Below are positions 56,806-61,010 of a stretch of 61,010 bases of DNA, in pieces. The notes beneath the pieces are model-generated. The model made no database searches. It worked only from the letters and a program-made list of their open reading frames with translations, and was not told where the DNA came from. The position numbers were made by a program, and so were the translations under genes. Source of the stretch: Candidatus Anderseniibacteriota bacterium (lineage in GTDB: Bacteria; Patescibacteriota; Andersenbacteria; UBA10190). How positions within the stretch are numbered: the first letter of the stretch is position 1; every line of letters begins with the position of its first letter. The stretch covers positions 130,586 to 191,595 of the forward strand of contig JBBDZC010000003.1 in NCBI GenBank assembly GCA_040900375.1, written 5' to 3'.

Positions 56806-58917
56806 TTTTTTCTTCTCCGCTTTTTCTTTAACAGCAATGCCAATAATTTCCTGCTGGATATTGCTCGGCACTTGTTGGTAATGATCAAATTGCATGGAGT
56901 ACGTCGCCCGGCCTTGGGTCATGGAGCGTAAGCTGGTGGCATACCCAAACATCTGGGCCAGAGGAACTTGCGCCGTAATAACCTTAATATTCAAGCGATC
57001 TTCAATGCCTTCAATCGTCCCGCGCCGGGAATTTAAATCACCGACCACATCACCCATGTGCGCTTCAGGCGTAATCGCTTCCACTTTCATAATTGGTTCC
57101 AGTAATATAGGCTCGGCCCGGCGCATGCCTTCTTTAAATGCCATAATGCCGGCAATTTTAAAGGCAATTTCGGAGCTATCAACTTCGTGGTAGCTGCCAT
57201 CAAAGGCCGTCGCCTTAACATCAACCACGGGAAATCCAGCCAGCACACCGGCTGTGGCCGCTTCCACCACACCTTTGCTAATCGGCGTGACATATTCTTG
57301 GGGGATGGCGCCACCTCTAATATCATCCTCAAACTCGACGCCGGTGCCCCGCTCGAGCGGTTCTAAACGCAGCCAGACATGTCCGTATTGTCCGCGCCCG
57401 CCGCTCTGCTTAATATATTTACCTTCGGCCTCAACTTGCTTGCGAATTGTTTCTTTATAGGCAACTTGGGGCTTGCCCACGTTGACTTCGACCCCAAATT
57501 CTCGCTTCAGCCGATCGGCCTTAATTTCTAAATGGAGTTCCCCCATGCCATCCATAATCGTTTGCATGGTTTCCTCGTCAGTGCGCACTCGGAAAGTTGG
57601 GTCTTCATCCATCAGTGCTTTAAGCGCCGTCCCCATTTTTTCCTGATCCGCCTTCGTCTTGGGCTCAATCGCAATGGAAATCACTGGTTCTTGCCCCATA
57701 ATCCGCTCGAGCAAGATGGGCTGGTCCGGATCACACAGAGTATCGCCCGTTGTCGTGCTCTTTAAACCAACCAGGGCCCCGATGCCACCCGCCCCGATTT
57801 CCGAGACCTCTTCCCGGTCATTAGAGTGCATGCGCAGGATACGGCTAATTCGCTCTTTCTTGCCATTTGAAGCATTCAACACATAGGTACCGGTGACCAG
57901 CTTCCCCGAATACACGCGGAAGAAAGTAATTTGTCCAACAAAAGGATCGGTCATTACTTTAAAGGCCAACGCCGCAAACGGTTCAGTATCCAAAGCCTTA
58001 CGGGTGATTTTCTTATCGTGATCTTCGGGGTCGGTTCCTTCAATTGGAGGCAAGTCAGCCGGCGAGGGCAAATATTCAACTACGGCATCGAGGATACGCT
58101 GCACACCTTTGTTTTTAAGCGCGGAGCCACAAAACACGGGCACTACCCGGCCGGCAATGACAGCCTGGCGCAGTGTGATATTGAGCTCTCCCGCGCTGAT
58201 TTCTTCGCCGTTTAAGAACTTTTCGGCGAGCTGATCATCAAAGCCAGCAATTTTTTCTACCATTTCTTCTCGACGTTGCTTCGCTTCCGCTACCAGTTCA
58301 GGGGGGATATCTACCATTTCAATTTGCTCGCCCCTCTGTCCCTGAAAATACCAAGCCTTTTGGGTTAACAAATCGACAAAGCCCGCAAACGCCTCTTCTT
58401 GGCCAATGGGAATAGTCATGACCACGGTGTTTTTGGTTAGCCGGTTATGAATCGAGGCGAGCACTTTCCAAAAGTCTGCTCCCGTCCGATCCAACTTATT
58501 AACAAAACACAGGCGCGGAACATGATAGGTATCAGCTTGATGCCACACAGTTTCACTTTGCGGTTCGACACCAGCCACACCGTCAAAAACTACCACTGCC
58601 CCATCGAGCACCCGCAAGCTGCGTTCAACCTCCACCGTAAAATCAACGTGCCCTGGTGTGTCAATCAAATTCAAGCGATGATCCTTCCAAAAACAGGTAG
58701 TCGTGGCAGACGTGATCGTAATCCCGCGCTCCCGTTCTTGATCCATCCAGTCCATGACTGCTTCACCTTCATGCACCTCCCCAATCTTATGCGTTAAACC
58801 AGTATAAAAAAGAATGCGTTCGGACACGGTTGTTTTGCCCGCATCAATGTGGGCGATAATCCCGAAGTTGCGGATACGCTCCATCGGTACCTGCGGAAAT
58901 TCTTTCTTGTCAGCCAT
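56803..58917 (-). CDS. fusA: elongation factor G
   Basis: [47 protein letters not shown]. Confidence 0.99.
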   Translation of the reverse strand: MADKKEFPQVPMERIRNFGIIAHIDAGKTTVSERILFYTGLTHKIGEVHEGEAVMDWMDQERERGITITSATTTCFWKDHRLNLIDTPGHVDFTVEVERSLRVLDGAVVVFDGVAGVEPQSETVWHQADTYHVPRLCFVNKLDRTGADFWKVLASIHNRLTKNTVVMTIPIGQEEAFAGFVDLLTQKAWYFQGQRGEQIEMVDIPPELVAEAKQRREEMVEKIAGFDDQLAEKFLNGEEISAGELNITLRQAVIAGRVVPVFCGSALKNKGVQRILDAVVEYLPSPADLPPIEGTDPEDHDKKITRKALDTEPFAALAFKVMTDPFVGQITFFRVYSGKLVTGTYVLNASNGKKERISRILRMHSNDREEVSEIGAGGIGALVGLKSTTTGDTLCDPDQPILLERIMGQEPVISIAIEPKTKADQEKMGTALKALMDEDPTFRVRTDEETMQTIMDGMGELHLEIKADRLKREFGVEVNVGKPQVAYKETIRKQVEAEGKYIKQSGGRGQYGHVWLRLEPLERGTGVEFEDDIRGGAIPQEYVTPISKGVVEAATAGVLAGFPVVDVKATAFDGSYHEVDSSEIAFKIAGIMAFKEGMRRAEPILLEPIMKVEAITPEAHMGDVVGDLNSRRGTIEGIEDRLNIKVITAQVPLAQMFGYATSLRSMTQGRATYSMQFDHYQQVPSNIQQEIIGIAVKEKAEKKK

Positions 58918-58985
58918 ATGTAATAACTTTTAGTCTCCAATGCGCAACCTTAAAGTGAGCGACAGTAAATATTGCGCAAGTTTGC

Positions 58986-59459
58986 TTAAGAGAAGTGAGA
59001 GAAGGCCCGGTTTGCTTCCGCCATGCGGTGCACATCCTCCCGTTTTTTAATCGCGCCCCCCTCTTTTTTCGCCGCATCAACTAATTCCGCGGCTAGTTTC
59101 TCGGCCATGGATTTGCCCCCGCGCTTGCGGGCTGCATCCCGCAACCAGCGCATAGCGAGTGTCTCTTTGCGATCGCCCCGGACTTCAATCGCCATTTGAT
59201 AATTCGCTCCCCCGACGCGGCGCGCTTTTACTTCCAGCACCGGCGCTACATTACGCATAGCGGTATCAAAGACTGTGAGCGGGTCATTCTTAGTGGTATC
59301 AGACACCATCTGCAGCGCATCGTACACAATTCGCTGGGCAATACTCTTTTTACCATCAAGCATCACCTGATTAATAAACTTCGACAGCGCGAGATTGCCA
59401 AACTTAGGGTCAGGCTTAAGGTACTTCTTGTTTTTATAAACGCGGGGTTTACGAGGCAT
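58986..59459 (-). CDS. rpsG: 30S ribosomal protein uS7
   Basis: [28 protein letters not shown]. Confidence 0.98.
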   Translation of the reverse strand: MPRKPRVYKNKKYLKPDPKFGNLALSKFINQVMLDGKKSIAQRIVYDALQMVSDTTKNDPLTVFDTAMRNVAPVLEVKARRVGGANYQMAIEVRGDRKETLAMRWLRDAARKRGGKSMAEKLAAELVDAAKKEGGAIKKREDVHRMAEANRAFSHFS

Positions 59460-59474
59460 ACAACAAAAGTAGTT

Positions 59475-59891
59475 TTAAGTTTTCTTAGGTTTCTTGGCTC
59501 CGTAGCGACTGCGCCCCCGGCGACGGGCTTCTACTCCCGAAGCATCAAGTACTCCCCGCACCACTTGGTAGCGCACCCCCGGTAAATCCTTACGCCGACC
59601 ACCGCGAATTAATACAATCGAGTGCTCTTGTAAATTGTGCCCTTCCCCCGGAATAAAGGCAGTGACCTCAATGCCATTGGTTAAACGGACCCGGGCCACT
59701 TTCCGCATAGCTGAATTCGGCTTCTTCGGCGTCATAGTTTTTACTTGTAAGCAGACGCCGCGTTTAAATGGTGAGCTTAAGCGAACGGGATGATTTTTTA
59801 AGACGTTGAAACTGCGCAACAGGGCGGGCGCTTTGGATTTCTTCTTCTTGCTTTTGCGGCCCTTGCGGACCAACTGGTTTGTTGTAGGCAC
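59475..59891 (-). CDS. rpsL: 30S ribosomal protein uS12
   Basis: [36 protein letters not shown]; GTG start. Confidence 0.99.
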   Translation of the reverse strand: MPTTNQLVRKGRKSKKKKSKAPALLRSFNVLKNHPVRLSSPFKRGVCLQVKTMTPKKPNSAMRKVARVRLTNGIEVTAFIPGEGHNLQEHSIVLIRGGRRKDLPGVRYQVVRGVLDASGVEARRRGRSRYGAKKPKKT

Positions 59892-60036
59892 TGCGGCAGT
59901 GTAAAAAATAAAGTGACAAGTTATAAAGCGCTGCTTTCCCTCTCCGCGCTGTATGCTTTTAATTTGAAAGACACCGCCCGTGCGGTGCGCTGTGTCAGCC
60001 TAAGCCCGTAAAATTAAGGCAAAGACAGGCGTTACT

Positions 60037-60065
60037 ACTATATGAGACTCCAGAAAAAATGTCAA
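60037..60065 (-). promoter_or_regulatory. sigma70 promoter of the str operon
   Basis: TTGACA-N17-TATAGT, giving a ~140-nt leader before rpsL. Confidence 0.8.
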
Positions 60066-60159
60066 TCTGCAACAAGCTTAAATTGGCCCTGGCCGGTCAA
60101 AGGGTCAAAGACCTCATTAAGATCTTGCGCGAATCTCCAAAGAACCACTGCCCCAGAAG

Positions 60160-60813
60160 TTAAAAACCGGCAAATAAACGAGTGAGCGCTAACGCCGGAC
60201 CAATGACAAACCGCGAGACAAGCCCCGCCCCAAAGAGCAATAAAACAATAATAATATAGAAGCTATAGCGTTCTAAGAACTCCACAATATCCGAACGGTG
60301 GTAGTGGTGCAAAATCAGGTAGAGTACTTTTGATCCATCAAGCGGCGGGATAGGGATTAAATTGAAGAACATCAAGACGGCATTAATGAGGGCAATCGTG
60401 ACAAAAAGAAACGGTAAAGCCGTCGTGGGCGGAGAAAACCGCGCTAACAAACCAAAGACCACCACGAGTAAAAAATTAGTGCCGGGACCAGCAAGTGCTA
60501 CCATCACCGGCCCATAGTTGCCATAGCGCAGATTATAGTAATTAACAGGCACCGGCTTCGCCCAACCAAAAACAAAACCAGCCCGAGAAATTATGAGAAT
60601 CAGCGGCACCAGAATGGTCCCCCACAGATCAATATGCTTGAGAGGATTGAGCGTGACTCGTCCTAAATAGTATGCTGTCGGATCCCCGAGGCGAAAGGCC
60701 ACATAGCCGTGTGCTGCTTCATGCAATACTACGCCGATAACTAGGCCCACAATCGCAGCAATCATTTGTAATTCGGTACCAATCGGCCCAGTCGTTAAAG
60801 CCTGGAACATCAT
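60160..60813 (-). CDS. site-2 protease family (M50) membrane metalloprotease
   Basis: HEAAH (HExxH), GDPTA, GWAKPVP, AGPGTN, FNLIPIPPLDG. Confidence 0.95.
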   Translation of the reverse strand: MMFQALTTGPIGTELQMIAAIVGLVIGVVLHEAAHGYVAFRLGDPTAYYLGRVTLNPLKHIDLWGTILVPLILIISRAGFVFGWAKPVPVNYYNLRYGNYGPVMVALAGPGTNFLLVVVFGLLARFSPPTTALPFLFVTIALINAVLMFFNLIPIPPLDGSKVLYLILHHYHRSDIVEFLERYSFYIIIVLLLFGAGLVSRFVIGPALALTRLFAGF

Positions 60814-60931
60814 GCCACCAGCGTACCAGCGAAATGGCTGACATTCAATTCAAATTAATGATTAATCTTTGCGGTACTTGCCCGGTAGTGAAAAATCGAT
60901 AGCTTCGTTCAAAGTCTCACGAGGAGTGTTG

Positions 60932-61010
60932 ATCTGGAGCCCGTAAGATCTCGGGCGTAAGCCCGAGGATGAAGGGCTTTGTCACTGTCCCGGCGGAGCC
61001 GGCACGCCGC
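60932..61010. mobile_element. composite palindromic element, copy 2 (truncated by the window end)
   Basis: ATCTGGAGCCCGTAAGATCTCGGGCGTAAGCCCGAGGATGAAGGGCTTTGTCACTGT... matches 56529 onward with two visible substitutions. Confidence 0.75.

Noticed and set aside
56523-56931. 121-aa and 79-aa ORFs over the palindromic element
   Set aside because: Read-through of repeat DNA overlapping the fusA end; no transposase motifs.

Overview
A 61 kb core-genome segment from a reduced bacterium, very likely Patescibacteria/CPR (Parcubacteria-like). This is inferred from the missing rpmD (uL30) in an otherwise intact S10-spc cluster, CPR-style ribosomal protein extensions, a DUF4012-like protein and the glycolysis gene layout; the genetic code is standard (TGA = stop). 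Almost all genes are on the minus strand. Left to right: dTDP-rhamnose/epimerase genes, lepA, zwf, a surface polysaccharide locus (murJ, DUF4012, three GT4s, Wzz-like, priming glycosyltransferase) with an inserted arginase, an unexplained ~400-nt structured non-coding element divergent from or upstream of an unusually expanded RNase P RNA, a type IV pilin, rnhA-recJ, a four-helix-bundle gene, eno, a complete F1Fo ATP synthase operon, two beta-carbonic-anhydrase-like paralogs, tpiA-fba-pfkB-gap-pgk, galT, GT2, ruvX, map-adk-secY-spc-S10, tuf, a RimI-like insert, fusA-rpsG-rpsL and a site-2 protease. There are three kinds of small palindromic repeat or mobile element. The most striking candidate novelty is the 18.5-18.9 kb RNA-like element with five AGGAG/CUCCU motifs, several in hairpin loops, that match the Shine-Dalgarno sites of the accessory genes, whereas many core genes look leaderless (-10 box 6-9 nt before ATG). 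All calls come from manual reading; no database searches or folding computations were run.
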